This document shows positions 1-10,950 of a DNA stretch of 64,000 nt, piece by piece (the stretch's first letter is position 1; the number at the start of each line of letters is the position of its first letter). The translations under genes and the position numbers were made by a program. The stretch is from an uncultured Bacteroidota bacterium (lineage in GTDB: Bacteria > Bacteroidota > Ignavibacteria > UBA10030 > UBA6906), in contig CAVOYH010000004.1 of NCBI GenBank assembly GCA_963700635.1, positions 608,001 to 672,000 of the forward strand, in the 5' to 3' direction. Below the pieces are notes generated by a model. The model had not been told where the DNA came from and ran no database searches. It saw only the letters and a program-made list of their open reading frames with translations.

Positions 1-1752
1 CCTGGTCAACGCCTCCAGCGCCTTCTCGTAGTCCCTGAAGCCCCGGTAGTAGTACATCCCAAGCTCTCTTTGAGCTTCAGGCAAATCTGGCTGGAGAGCC
101 AGGGCTTTGTCGAGCGCGCGCTTGCCAGCGGCCAGACGTTCTGGCGATCGGTCAAAGCCCTCCCAGTAGTACCGGGTATGAGCGGATGCGAGCGCGGCGT
201 ATGCGAGCGCAAACGTCGAGTCAAGTTTCACAGCCTGCTGGTACATCTCCAGGGCCATTCTCGTGTTGTTCTCTTCGTAATCAGGGCCTGACGACATTCC
301 CCGGAGGTATGCCTGATACGCGTCGAGGTTGCGGGTCGGGACGGTTGCGATGACCCGTTGCTCATCTTGCCGCAAGACAAGACCGAGAGAGTGAGCTACC
401 CGTGTGGCAATTTCGGTCTGGACGAGGAAGATGTTCTCAAAGTCTCGATCGAATTTCTCGGCCCAGATGTGCCTGTCGTCGGAGACCTGAATCAGTTGTG
501 GCGAGATGCGAACCTTTTGCTTGTCCCGTTCTCTGACCCACCGAACGGTTCCTTCAAGAACATAATCCACGCCCAGTTCCGCTGCGATGGCAGGAAGCGT
601 CATTCCCTTGTTCTTGTACTGCATGGCACTGGTTCGAGAAATGACCCCGAGGGTGCTGATCGAGCTCAGGCGCGTGGTGATCTCGTCTGTCAGACCATCG
701 CTGAAATATTCGTCCTCTGCCGGGCCCAGGTTTTCAAAAGGGAGGACGGCGATCATCTTCAGGCGAGCATCAGGAAGTGATGTATCTCCGCGGGGCCAGA
801 AGAGAAAACGCCCAAGAATCCCCACCGCAACGATTCCCAAGGCCGCCAGCCCATACCAAAGACGCCTCTTCCACGCGTGTCCCCGCCCCGCGACCGGATG
901 TGCCGTGCTCCGAGATTGCCCCTCGACGGGTTCCCCTTGCCGAGAACCGAGGTCCGCCAAAATCTCATCCACGTTTTTGTATCGGTTTTGCACATTCCTG
1001 GCAAGGCAACGTGTCACTACACGCTCCACATCGGACGGGACCTCAGGCCGAAGAGATGACAGGGGTTTTGGGTCCGTGTTGAGGATAGCATAGATCAGCG
1101 CGTTGTCATACTCCGCCGTGAATGGCCGTTGTCCGGCGAGCATCTCGTAGAACACGACCCCGAATGACCAGATATCGGTTCTCTTGTCAACGTTTTCTCC
1201 GGTCGCCTGTTCGGGTGACATGTATGCCGCGGTGCCCAAGGTGCTTCCTGCTCTTGTCAGCAGCGTCCGTCCGCCCAGCTTCGCTAGTCCGAAGTCCAGG
1301 ATCTTCGCGACACCGCTCGTTGTGATGCGGATGTTGGCTGGCTTGATATCCCGGTGAACAATATCTGCATGGTGGGCTTCAGCGAGACCACGAGCAATCT
1401 GGACCGCAAGCTCGATGGCTTCGTTAATCGGTAAAGGTCCACGGTCGATCTTCTCCTTGAGCGTCTCGCCGTCATACAGGTCCATGACAATGAAAAGTGC
1501 TCCATCGGCTGTTTCGTCAATGTCGTGGACCGTACAGATGTTATGATGCTGGAGGGCGGAAGCAGCTTTCGCTTCGTGGACAAATCGAGCCCTGGCCTGT
1601 GGGTCTCTGACGAGCTCAGGAGGGAGGAACTTAAGCGCTACGGTGCGATCGAGCTTGAGGTCCTGGGCCCTGTAGACCACGCCCATCCCGCCGACGCCGA
1701 GCTGCTCGAGGATGGTGTAGTGAGAAACCGTCTGACCAACGAGAGTAGCCAC
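1..1752 (-). CDS. Ser/Thr protein kinase with TM segment and TolB-like/TPR C-terminal region (frameshifted; 3' end runs off the window)
   Basis: Minus strand reads GTG-ATLVGQTVSHY..LG.GGMGVVY, HRDIKPANI, DFGLAK, YMSPEQ, DIWSFGV. Paralogous to the 1859-4173 gene and split across frames. Confidence 0.8.
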   Translation of the reverse strand, partial: MATLVGQTVSHYTILEQLGVGGMGVVYRAQDLKLDRTVALKFLPPELVRDPQARARFVHEAKAASALQHHNICTVHDIDETADGALFIVMDLYDGETLKEKIDRGPLPINEAIELAVQIARGLAEAHHADIVHRDIKPANIRITTSGVAKILDFGLAKLGGRTLLTRAGSTLGTAAYMSPEQATGENVDKRTDIWSFGVVFYEMLAGQRPFTAEYDNALIYAILNTDPKPLSSLRPEVPSDVERVVTRCLARNVQNRYKNVDEILADLGSRQGEPVEGQSRSTAHPVAGRGHAWKRRLWYGLAALGIVAVGILGRFLFWPRGDTSLPDARLKMIAVLPFENLGPAEDEYFSDGLTDEITTRLSSISTLGVISRTSAMQYKNKGMTLPAIAAELGVDYVLEGTVRWVRERDKQKVRISPQLIQVSDDRHIWAEKFDRDFENIFLVQTEIATRVAHSLGLVLRQDEQRVIATVPTRNLDAYQAYLRGMSSGPDYEENNTRMALEMYQQAVKLDSTFALAYAALASAHTRYYWEGFDRSPERLAAGKRALDKALALQPDLPEAQRELGMYYYRGFRDYEKALEALTR

Positions 1753-1782
1753 GGCAGTTCCTTCAAGAGGAGACACGGGGGT

Positions 1783-1811
1783 AAGGTAGCTCGAAAGAAA
1801 GCGATAGTCAA
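1783..1811 (-). promoter_or_regulatory. Putative sigma70 promoter of kinase 1
   Basis: TTGACT-N17-TACCTT on the minus strand; same layout as upstream of kinase 2. Confidence 0.55.
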
Positions 1812-1858
1812 ACGCGCGGACGAGGTTCGTTGCCGGCCCGGTTCGTTGCCGGCCATTG

Positions 1859-4173
1859 TCAGTCTTCTGGAGGCGGCAAATTCATGCGCTTCATCGACAC
1901 TGCAAAACGCGGATCACTGCGCAACGGGATGAAATTATCGTTTGCTCGTACCCACGGGACCCATGCGTGGGGGTGTTCGTAGTTCAGCCAGTGGAAGGCC
2001 TCATCCTTGTTCCCGAGAACAGAGTTGAGCGTCGCCCGCCACCAAGCCCTCCATTGATTAGGCGGAAGTCCTTCCAATTCTCGTAATACCTTGATGGCCT
2101 CTTCGCGTCTGCCCGCTCGTACATACCCCACGCCAATGGCAAACTGAAACGCCGGTGAGCCCTCTCGGGCTTTTTCATACTCCGCAAACGCCTCTTGGAA
2201 TCGCCGCTGATCCACGTACACGCGCGCCAAATTGTAGTGCCCGATTGGGGTGTTGGGATCGATGTCGATTGCCTTCTTGCACTCTACGATCGCCTCCTCA
2301 AAACGACCAAGGCGCCGATAGATTTCTGCAAGCCAGGCAGTGTGCAGAGGAAGCATGGGATCCAATTCCTGAGCGCGCTTATGCTCGGCAATCGCTTCCT
2401 CCATGCGTCCGAACAACACGTGATACCAGGCAAGAGGATAGTGCGCGATTGCAAGGTGCGGATTCAAGCGGATTGCCTTGTTCATCAGTGCCTGGGCCTC
2501 TCCCCACTGCCAGTCATAGTAGGCCCGGATGAAGCCGAGGGCGGCATACGCCATGTCCAGCGTGCTGTCCAACTGAATTGCCTTCTCACCTGCGGCTCGG
2601 GCAAAGGAGAGCGCGTCAGATGGAGGTTCCGGACCATGGGCTGCCGTTGTATAACCCATCGATAGTCCAGCATACGCTCGCGCATCTCCGGGATCCCTGT
2701 CGACGGCGGCCCGGAGGTAGGCGATCCCTTTTACGGTCCCTTCGGGCGTTGCCTTGTTCAGCCAGTACATTCCACGAAGATAGGCTTCATAGGTGTCAGG
2801 GTTGACTGGAGGGGCCTGCTTCAATTGCTCAACCTTCTGTGGCTGAAGTTCCAGCCTGAGCTGCGTCGCAATCGCGGTTACGATCTCGCCCTGGAGGGTG
2901 AGGACATTGTTCATCTCTCGTTCATAGCGGTTCGCCCATATTTGACCGGAGGTGAGTGGATTGATGAGCTGTGCCGTGACGCGCACCGAATTGCCTGCCC
3001 GGACGACGGCTCCGGTCACCAGGGCGTCGACGTTTAGTTCGCTGGCGATCTCCTGGAAGGTCTTCTGCTGATTTCTGTAGCGAAGGACCGATCCGCGTTC
3101 GATCACTCGTTCGAGCCCCCGAGCTTGGCGAGTTCCGTAATGAGGGCATCGTGGATACCCTCGACGAGATATTCCTGCTCCGTGTCACCGGAAAGATTCT
3201 CGAGCGGAAGGACGGCAAGGGACTCGATGACATGTCGGTCTCGGGCCGTGAAATAAAGAGTGAGCAGTGTGGCGCCAATCAGTATTGCCAGGAGGACCGC
3301 GGCGGAGATGAAGGCCCGGCGGCCTGCCGAAGTACCGCCGAAGGCTGATCCTTCGTCTGACGGTCACTGACAGGCCATCCAGATCCATTAGAACATCGTC
3401 CATTGACTGATAGCGGTCTTCTTTGTCTTCTGGAGGAGTTTTGTCACGAGAGCCTCGAGCTCGACCGTCACGTCAGGTCTGCAGTCTCGCAAGGGGGGAG
3501 GGTTCTCGTTTAGGATGCAATAGACAACCGCCTGCTCATAGTCAGACCTGAAAGGAGAGTGTCCGGCCAGGAGCTCGTAGAGGACAACGCCAAAGGACCA
3601 GATGTCGGTTCTCCGGTCAACTTCTTCGCCCCGGGCCTGTTCGGGCGACATATAGGTAACCGTCCCTGCTGTCCTGCCTTCCCTGGTCAGCTGCGTCCTT
3701 CCAGCAAGCTTCGCAAGCCCGAAGTCCATGATCTTGACCTGACCATCGGAGGTCAACATGATGTTGGCACTCTTGATGTCACGGTGAGTGACATTCTTCC
3801 TGTGAGCTGCCTGCAAACCCCGGGCGATCTGACGACCCAGATCGAGAACCTCCGCAACCGTCAGGGGCCCTTCGTCAGCTCGCTCCTTGAGTGTCTTGCC
3901 TTCCACGTAGGCCATGGAAATGAAGGGAGTGCCCAGAGTCTCGTCGACCTGGTAGACAGTACATATATTCGGATGGTCAAGCTGCGCCGTGGCCTGGGCC
4001 TCGAGGACGAGCCGGGCTTGTTCTTTCTCGCCAACGGTCGAAGGGAGAAACTTCAGGGCGACGGTGCGGCGGAGCTTCAGGTCCTCGGCCTTGTAGACGA
4101 CGCCCATGCCGCCTTCGCCAAGCTTTTCGAGGATCTTGTAGTGAGAAACCGTCTGACCTACGAAGGGGTCCAT
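1859..4173 (-). CDS. Ser/Thr protein kinase - TM - TolB-like - TPR protein (frameshifted near 3110-3400)
   Basis: ORF 3388-4173 is a Hanks kinase domain (GEGGMGVVYKA, HRDIKSANI, DFGLAK, YMSPEQ). ORF 1859-3106 has the TolB-like segment and TPRs ending LRSDPRF. Confidence 0.88.
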
Positions 4174-4202
4174 AGCTGTTCCTTCGAGAGGGGAACAGCG
4201 AC

Positions 4203-4231
4203 AACTTAGCTCACAGTGGAGCGAGGGTCAA
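4203..4231 (-). promoter_or_regulatory. Putative sigma70 promoter of kinase 2
   Basis: TTGACC-N17-TAAGTT on the minus strand. Confidence 0.55.
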
Positions 4232-4278
4232 GTGCTGCAACTGAATTTCAAAGAGCGCAAGTGCCATAAGACGCGGGG

Positions 4279-4317
4279 AAAAAGAAAAAGGGCCACAGAA
4301 AGTGTTCTCTGTGACCC
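4279..4317 (-). terminator. Intrinsic terminator downstream of tRNA-Asp
   Basis: GGGTCACAGA...TCTGTGGCCC hairpin followed by TTTTTCTTTTT on the minus strand. Confidence 0.8.
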
Positions 4318-4325
4318 TTGAGTAG

Positions 4326-4400
4326 CGGGGCGGACGGGACTCGAACCCGCGACCTCCTGCGTGACAGGCAGGCGCTCTAACCAAGCTGAGCTACCGCCCC
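4326..4400 (-). tRNA. tRNA-Asp(GTC), CCA not encoded
   Basis: GGGGCGGTAGCTCAGCTTGGTTAGAGCGCCTGCCT-GTC-ACGCAGGAGGTCGCGGGTTCGAGTCCCGTCCGCCCCG folds as a canonical cloverleaf. Confidence 0.97.
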
Positions 4401-4418
4401 GTTGCATCGTCAGCCACT

Positions 4419-4447
4419 AATATAAGCAATCCGGAGGAATTTGGCAA
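4419..4447 (-). promoter_or_regulatory. Putative sigma70 promoter of tRNA-Asp
   Basis: TTGCCA-N17-TATATT. Confidence 0.6.
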
Positions 4448-4513
4448 GTCAAGACTCCCCGACCTACCCGGAATTCTCGCCACGCTCCGGCTACACACCA
4501 CCATTGATGCATC

Positions 4514-4888
4514 CTATTTAGACAGAAGGACGACAAGCCCGATCACAAACACCACAACCGCAATAATAACGAGCGCAAATCTGCCTTCTCCAATTCCGTA
4601 CGCGGTCCGGTATGCATCATAACCGAGCGTTGGGTCGCTGTGGCGCCTGTCCACTTTACGCTTGAACCGGATCCGGGAATTGTCGAATTTTTCGATCATC
4701 TCCCACCCTGCACGGGCCTCCTCGTCGCAAACCTTGCGGAGAATTGTGGGATTGGAGAACCGCCCAAACATGGACCGGACGATCTTGAACTCCCACCCCT
4801 GTATGTCTTCCTGTCTGTAGCCTGTTTTCTTCTCCTCTTCCTCCTGCTGCTCCTGCCGCCGTTTCGCCGCTGCTGCGCCTGCATTCAT
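4514..4888 (-). CDS. Small hypothetical protein with C-terminal membrane anchor (DUF4177-like)
   Basis: GWEFKIVRS...EEARAGWEMIEKFD motif and a hydrophobic C-terminus. Confidence 0.7.
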   Translation of the reverse strand: MNAGAAAAKRRQEQQEEEEKKTGYRQEDIQGWEFKIVRSMFGRFSNPTILRKVCDEEARAGWEMIEKFDNSRIRFKRKVDRRHSDPTLGYDAYRTAYGIGEGRFALVIIAVVVFVIGLVVLLSK

Positions 4889-4939
4889 ACGTTCGCCCTT
4901 TCAGCCTTATCGTGGATGAACTGGTCAGAAAAAAAGCAC

Positions 4940-4967
4940 TTGACAACATATCCCATTTTCGTATATT
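4940..4967 (+). promoter_or_regulatory. sigma70 promoter of the ilv-leu operon leader
   Basis: TTGACA-N16-TATATT preceded by an A-tract. Confidence 0.75.
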
Positions 4968-4987
4968 GATACAATATACAAAAGATC

Positions 4988-5128
4988 ATGGAAAACGGCT
5001 ATAATATCGAAATGTCTGCTGCAACCCTCCCGGGAGTTGCAGACAATTCCTTTGCCCTTTCCATTTTGCATCTTGGTATTCTGCTTCTGCTTGTGAACCT
5101 CCTGCTCGTCCTAGGGCTACTTCGATAA
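4988..5128 (+). CDS. Putative Leu/Ile/Val-rich leader (attenuator) peptide, 46 aa
   Basis: MENGYNIEMSAATLPGVADNSFALSILHLGILLLLVNLLLVLGLLR*; 17 of residues 24-45 are L/I/V; lies between the promoter and ilvD. Confidence 0.75.
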   Translation: MENGYNIEMSAATLPGVADNSFALSILHLGILLLLVNLLLVLGLLR

Positions 5129-5264
5129 CCCGGACGCCAGAGGTTAACCAGCACACACCGCACACTCCACACTCAGATTCACGGTAACGCAAGGTTCGCC
5201 TCTGGTAGGCAGAGACTGTTGATACTAGGTAAGTCACTGTACCGTACTATGAGGATGACCTGTC

Positions 5265-6956
5265 ATGACCCAATCTACCGGTGCTCCGCGCCGCAGCGAC
5301 ACTATCACCAAAGGCGTTCAACGTACCCCTAACCGGGCCATGCTCCGCGCTGTGGGCTTTGGCGACAAGGATTTTTCGAAACCCATCGTCGGCGTGGCCA
5401 ACGGCTACAGCAATATGACCCCCTGTAATATGGGACTGAACGACCTGGCCATCCGGGCGATGGAAGAGCTGCAGCGTGTGGGGACCATGCCCCAGGTGTT
5501 CGGGACCATCACCGTCAGCGACGGCATATCCATGGGCACGGAGGGTATGAAACTCTCGCTGATCTCCCGCGAGGTTATCGCCGATGCCATCGAAACGGTC
5601 TGCCGGGCGCAATGTATGGACGGTGTTCTCGCCCTGGGCGGGTGCGACAAGAATATGCCGGGTGCGATGATGGCCTTTGCGCGACTGAATATCCCCGCAA
5701 TATTTGTTTACGGGGGAACCATCAAACCGGGACACTACAAGGGACAGGACCTCACGATCGTCAGTGCCTTTGAGGCCGTGGGGGAATTTAGCGCCCATCG
5801 GATTGACGAGGCGGAATTGCTGGAAGTTGAACGGCGGGCCTGTCCGGGTGCGGGTGCCTGCGGTGGGATGTATACTGCCAACACGATGTCCTCCGTCATT
5901 GAAGCGATGGGACTCTCCCTCCCGTACTCCTCCACGATGGCTGCTGAAGATGCGGAGAAGGTAGAAAGCACCGCAGCGTCTGCCGCCGCACTCGCCCGCG
6001 CTATCGAACAACAGATTCTGCCACGCCAGCTTCTCACCCGCAAGGCGTTCGAGAATGCCATCGCCGTGGTCATGGCGCTGGGTGGTTCCACCAATGCCGT
6101 GCTGCACCTTCTTGCCATCGCGCATGCGGCCGAGGTTCCACTTGATCTGGATGATTTTGAGACAATTCGCAAAAAAGTCCCGGTGCTCTGCGACCTGAAA
6201 CCGTCCGGCCGGTATGTGACGACGGATTTTCACCGGGCAGGCGGAGTACCACAGGTGATGCGGATGCTGATGACCACGGCCTGATCTCCATGGTGACGCT
6301 CTGACGATCACGGGACAGACGATCGCCGAAGTTGCTGGAGAATGTTCCCGCGGAACCCCCGAAAGGACCAGGAGGTAATTCGGCCTTGGAATAAACCACT
6401 CTATGCTCACGGACATCTTGCCATCCTCCGGGGGAATCTGGCCACAGAAGGTGCGGTGGCGAAGATCACGGCGTAAAGTCCCCGAGGATCACCGGTCCAG
6501 CGCGTGTGTTTGACTCCGAGGAGGAATGTCTTGACGCGATTCTGGCCGGACTCGATACGGCACGGCGATGTGATGGTCGTCCGCTACGAAGGCCCACGGG
6601 GCGGCCCGGGGATGCGCGAAATGCTCGCTCCGACATCGGCAATCATCGGTGCAGGACTCGGAGACGCGGTCGGACTGATAACGGACGGTCGATTTTCGGG
6701 GGGAACGTATGGACTTGTGGTCGGGCATGTCGCGCCGGAAGCCGCAGTCGGCGGCACCATCGCGCTCGTGCACGAAGGCGATCGCATCACGATCGATGCC
6801 ACTAGCGCTTTCACTCCATCTGGATGTTGATGACGTGGAACTTGCGCGACGCCGTCAACGTGGCAACCCCGGGCACTACCCTACAAGGCGGGTGTCATGG
6901 CAAAATATGCAAAATGTGTATCAAGCAGCAGCAAGGGAGCGGTGACGGATTTGTAG
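5265..6956 (+). CDS. ilvD: Dihydroxy-acid dehydratase (several indels after ~6275)
   Basis: [54 protein letters not shown]; C-terminal [18 protein letters not shown]. Confidence 0.93.
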
Positions 6957-7037
6957 CCGGCGCACTCTCCGAGCGGCGTAACAGAAAATTTACAAAACTT
7001 AGTCAAGCGGTACGTACGTTCACGGTATGGAGGTACA

Positions 7038-8843
7038 ATGACGCCACACACACGCAGCGAAGGGGAGCCCTCGCCGGGCAACGATGATGACAGGCGCGGA
7101 GATTTTTGTGCGATCGCTTATCGACGAAAAGGTGGAGGTGGTGTTCGGATATCCGGGTGGGGCGACCATCGGAGTGTATGATGCCCTGCGCGATATTTCG
7201 GACATCCGGCATGTCCTTACACGGCACGAACAGGGCGCCACACACGCCGCCGAGGGATATGCAAAGGCAACCGGAAAACCGGGGGTGGTTCTTGTCACTT
7301 CCGGCCCCGGCGCCACAAATACCGTGACGGGTATTGCAGATGCCTATATGGATTCAATTCCGCTGGTGGTGTTCACCGGCCAGGTGCCCCTTCCGCCTGA
7401 TCGGCAATGATGCCTTCCAGGAAGCGGATATCGCAGGGATCACCCGACCGATTACCAAGCACAACTATATCGTCCGCGATGTGAGCGGAACTGGCAAAAA
7501 CCATCAGGGAGGCATTCTACATTGCCACCAGTGGCCGTCCGGGACCTGTGCTGGTCGATCTTCCGAAAGATGTCATGGCGACAGAAGACGCCGTTCCACT
7601 ACCCGTCTACCGTCTCACTCCGCAGCTACAACCCGATTGTCGAGGGACATGAAAAACAGATCCAGAAGGCGGCCGCGGTGATTAACGCCGCAAAACGACC
7701 GGTCCTGTATGTCGGCGGCGGCGTGATCCAGTCCGAAGCAGCCGGGGAATTGACTGCGTTCGCCCGGAAACTCGGATGTCCGGTGACGACAACGCTGCAC
7801 GGGCTCGGTGCTTTCCCCGAGACGGATCCTCTGGCCATCGGGATGCTCGGCATGCACGGTACCTGGTACTCAAACGTGGCAGTGCACAACTGCGACGTCC
7901 TGATTGCCGTCGGGGCGCGGTTCGATGACCGGGTGACCGGAAACGTCGACGATTTTGCGCCCGAGGCGACGATTGTCCATATCGACATTGATCCTTCGGC
8001 AATCAGCAAGAATGTCCGGGTCGATGTCCCCATCGTGGGTGACGTCAAGAATGTCCTGACGGTTCTGATCGAGCAGGTACATCCGCTGCGGACAGAAGAG
8101 TGGTTGCGACGATAGCCCAGTGGCAGCAGGAACATCCGCTGCGGTACCAGGCGGGGACCGCACTCCGCGCCCAGCAGGTCTTCCACCGGCTGGGCGAATT
8201 GACGGGCGGGGATGCGATTATCGTGACGGACGTCGGACAGCATCAGATGTGGGCCGCACAGTTTTTCACGTGGATGCAGCCCCGGACGCATATCACTTCG
8301 GGGGGATTCGGGACGATGGGATTCTCCCTTCCGGCCGCGATGGGCGCTGCCTTCGGGCGCAACGACCTGCCGGTGATCTCGATCAGCGGTGATGGCGGAT
8401 TCCAGATGAATTCGCAGGAGCTGACCACGATCGTCCAGCACCGTCTTCCGATAAAAATCTTCGTCATCAACAACGGGTTTCTCGGGATGGTCCGGCAGTG
8501 GCAGGAACTCTTCTGGCGCCGACGGTATTCGCATGTCCAGATGGCGAATCCGGACTTCGTAAAGCTGGCCGAAGCGCACGGTTGTCCGGCATTCCGCGCC
8601 ACGACCCCCGCGGAAGCCGATGCGGCAATCGAACATGCCCTGGCGTTTACCGACGGACCGATCTTCGTGGAGTTTGCCGTCGCGCAGGAAGATAATGTGT
8701 ATCCGATGATTCCCGCAGGGCAGACCGTGAACGAAATGCTGGATACGCCAATCGACCCCGATGGTGGGGCAATCACCACTCTGGCAAAAGGTCCGCGCGC
8801 ACTTCCACGAAAGGAGATCCATGTCCCAGTCACCGTCCGCTAG
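7038..8843 (+). CDS. ilvB: Acetolactate synthase large subunit (several indels)
   Basis: [54 protein letters not shown] spread over ORFs 7084-7410, 7522-8115 and 8100-8843. SD GGAGG precedes ATG 7038. Confidence 0.93.
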
Positions 8844-9369
8844 TTCGCGTAAACAACAGGCTGCCGGCGCCCTTCCCCGCAAGCAGCATACCATCTCCAT
8901 CCTCGTGGAGAACAAGTTCGGGGCATTCAACCGGATCGCCGGACTCTTCGCCGCAAAGGGTATAACATAGAGAGTCTGAGCGTCGGGGTCGACCGAAGAC
9001 GAAAGCGTGTCGCGTATGACGATCGTGACGAAGGGGGATGATACGATTATTGAACAGATCATCAAACAACTGAACAAGCTGATTGATACGATCAAGGTTG
9101 TCGACCTGACATACGACAGTTTTGTGGACCGTGAACTGGTCCTGCTCAAGGTGCAGACCACCGTGGCCAACAGATCCGAGATCATGCAAATCGCGGAGAT
9201 CTTCAGGGCGAAAGTCGTGGACATCAGTCCGCGCACGCTGACGCTCGAGGCCACCGGCAGCCGTTTGAAGGTGGATGCAATTATCAAGATGATGAAACCG
9301 TTTGTGATCAAGGAAATCGCACGCACCGGCCGGGTGGCATTAAAGCGCGAATTCCAGGGCGATGTGTAG
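8821..9369 (+). CDS. ilvN: Acetolactate synthase small (regulatory) subunit (indel ~8960)
   Basis: HTISILVENKFG..RIAGLF, SRMTIV, QLNKLID, EIARTGRVAL. Confidence 0.92.
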
Positions 9370-9393
9370 AGCTGGCCACTGAAAGGAAAGATC

Positions 9394-10950
9394 ATGGCGA
9401 CCGATCGTGTATTGATATTTGACACGACGCTGCGGGACGGGGAGCAATCACCGGGTTGCAGTATGAATCTCGATGAAAAAGTACGCATGGCCGTCCAGCT
9501 GGAACATCTTGGCGCGGATGTGATTGAAGCCGGATTTCCGATCGCCTCGGTCGGCGACTTCGAAGCGGTCCACGCTATCGCCGAAAGGGTACAAAACGCA
9601 ACGGTGGCGGGACTCTGCCGGGCAGTGACACCGGATATTGACAGGGCCTGGGAAGCTCTCTCGCCCGCGCGGCATCCCCGGATCCATACGTTTATCGCCA
9701 CATCCGAAATCCACCTCGCCCATAAACTGCGAAGAACGCATGCGCAGGTGCTCAAGGACGTGGAAGGTGCCGTCACGTATGCCCGTTCGTTGTGTGCGGA
9801 CGTTGAGTTCTCCTGCGAAGACGCTTCGCGAAGCGAAACAAGCTTTCTGGCGGAAGTCGTGGAAGCGGCTGTGCAGGCCGGTGCCGGCGTCATCAATCTT
9901 CCCGATACGGTCGGGTATGCCGTCCCCGCTGAATATGGTGCGATGTTCCGGGAAATCCGCGCGCGTGTGAAAGGCATAGACCGTGTGGTGCTCAGTACCC
10001 ATTGCCACAATGATCTCGGGCTGGCGGTGGCAAATTCTCTGGCTGCGATCGAGAATGGCGCGCGTCAGGTCGAATGTACGGTCAATGGTATCGGCGAACG
10101 GGCTGGCAACGCGGCGCTGGAAGAGATTGCCATGGCGATCAAAACCCGGGGTGAACCGCTGGGGGTCTGTACCGGTATCGTGACAGAAGAAATCGTGCGG
10201 TCCAGCAGGCTGTTGAGCAGTCTGACAGGGATGATGGTCCAGCGCAACAAGGCAATCGTGGGTGCCAACGCCTTCGCCCATGAAGCGGGCATCCATCAGG
10301 ATGGCATGCTGAAGAGCGCCATCACGTACGAGATTATGACACCCCAGTCGGTCGGTATGAAGCACAGCACGCTCGTCCTCGGGAAACACTCCGGGCGGCA
10401 TGCGCTGAAACAACGGTATGCGGACCTCGGTTATTCCCTTACCCCGGAAGAACTCGAGCGTGCCTATGCCGCATTTACCACAATCGCAGACCAGAAAAAA
10501 GAAATCTTTGACGAAGAGCTCGTGGCGATCCTTGAGGACCGGCCGCCCTCACTCGAATCCTATTATCATCTTGAAAGTCTCCACGTAAGTACGGGAACCG
10601 GAATCCGGCCAACGGCCACAGTGGACCTGCGCAGGGGGGATGTACGAAAAGTGGATTCTGCGACGGGTGATGGGCCGGTGGATGCGGCGTACCGCGCCAT
10701 CGAACGGATTACGGGGATCGCCGGAACGCTCACCGAGTATACAGTGAAGTCCGTGAGCTATGGCCACGACACGGTCGGAGAGGCATTCGTCCGCATGGAG
10801 TTCGATGGGGTGCTGTTTAACGGACACGCCGTGAGCACTGATATCATCACCGGCAGTGTAAAAGCATACCTTGAAGCACTGAACCGGGCACAGTCATCAC
10901 TGGCAATGCGCAAGGAACGGGCACAGGTAACGATGGAGGTGAACGCGTGA
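9394..10950 (+). CDS. leuA: 2-isopropylmalate synthase
   Basis: [38 protein letters not shown], regulatory GDGPVDA. Confidence 0.97.
   Translation: MATDRVLIFDTTLRDGEQSPGCSMNLDEKVRMAVQLEHLGADVIEAGFPIASVGDFEAVHAIAERVQNATVAGLCRAVTPDIDRAWEALSPARHPRIHTFIATSEIHLAHKLRRTHAQVLKDVEGAVTYARSLCADVEFSCEDASRSETSFLAEVVEAAVQAGAGVINLPDTVGYAVPAEYGAMFREIRARVKGIDRVVLSTHCHNDLGLAVANSLAAIENGARQVECTVNGIGERAGNAALEEIAMAIKTRGEPLGVCTGIVTEEIVRSSRLLSSLTGMMVQRNKAIVGANAFAHEAGIHQDGMLKSAITYEIMTPQSVGMKHSTLVLGKHSGRHALKQRYADLGYSLTPEELERAYAAFTTIADQKKEIFDEELVAILEDRPPSLESYYHLESLHVSTGTGIRPTATVDLRRGDVRKVDSATGDGPVDAAYRAIERITGIAGTLTEYTVKSVSYGHDTVGEAFVRMEFDGVLFNGHAVSTDIITGSVKAYLEALNRAQSSLAMRKERAQVTMEVNA

Noticed and set aside
4200-4400. 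tRNA-Asp as an integration site for a genomic island carrying the kinases
   Set aside because: No integrase or att direct repeat is visible in the window; this cannot be excluded beyond the left edge.
5011-5048. Hairpin TGTCTGC..TGCAAC..GTTGCAGACA as a terminator or repeat unit
   Set aside because: It lies inside the leader ORF, is single-copy and has only a weak T-tract; at most part of the leader structure.
4970-5264. T-box riboswitch upstream of ilvD
   Set aside because: No GGTGGNACCGCG T-box and no terminator; the leader peptide explains the region better.
6282-6284. In-frame TGA in ilvD as selenocysteine or readthrough
   Set aside because: Homology resumes in a different frame, so the stop results from a frameshift.
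5265-9369. ilvD, ilvB and ilvN as pseudogenes or programmed frameshifts
   Set aside because: Multiple scattered indels with intact catalytic motifs, and the rest of the operon is intact; sequencing error is the simpler explanation.
7626-10010. 794-aa minus-strand ORF (also 5247-6416, 26331-27842, 32232-33392 and similar)
   Set aside because: Antisense shadows of well-conserved genes in GC-rich DNA; no recognisable motifs.
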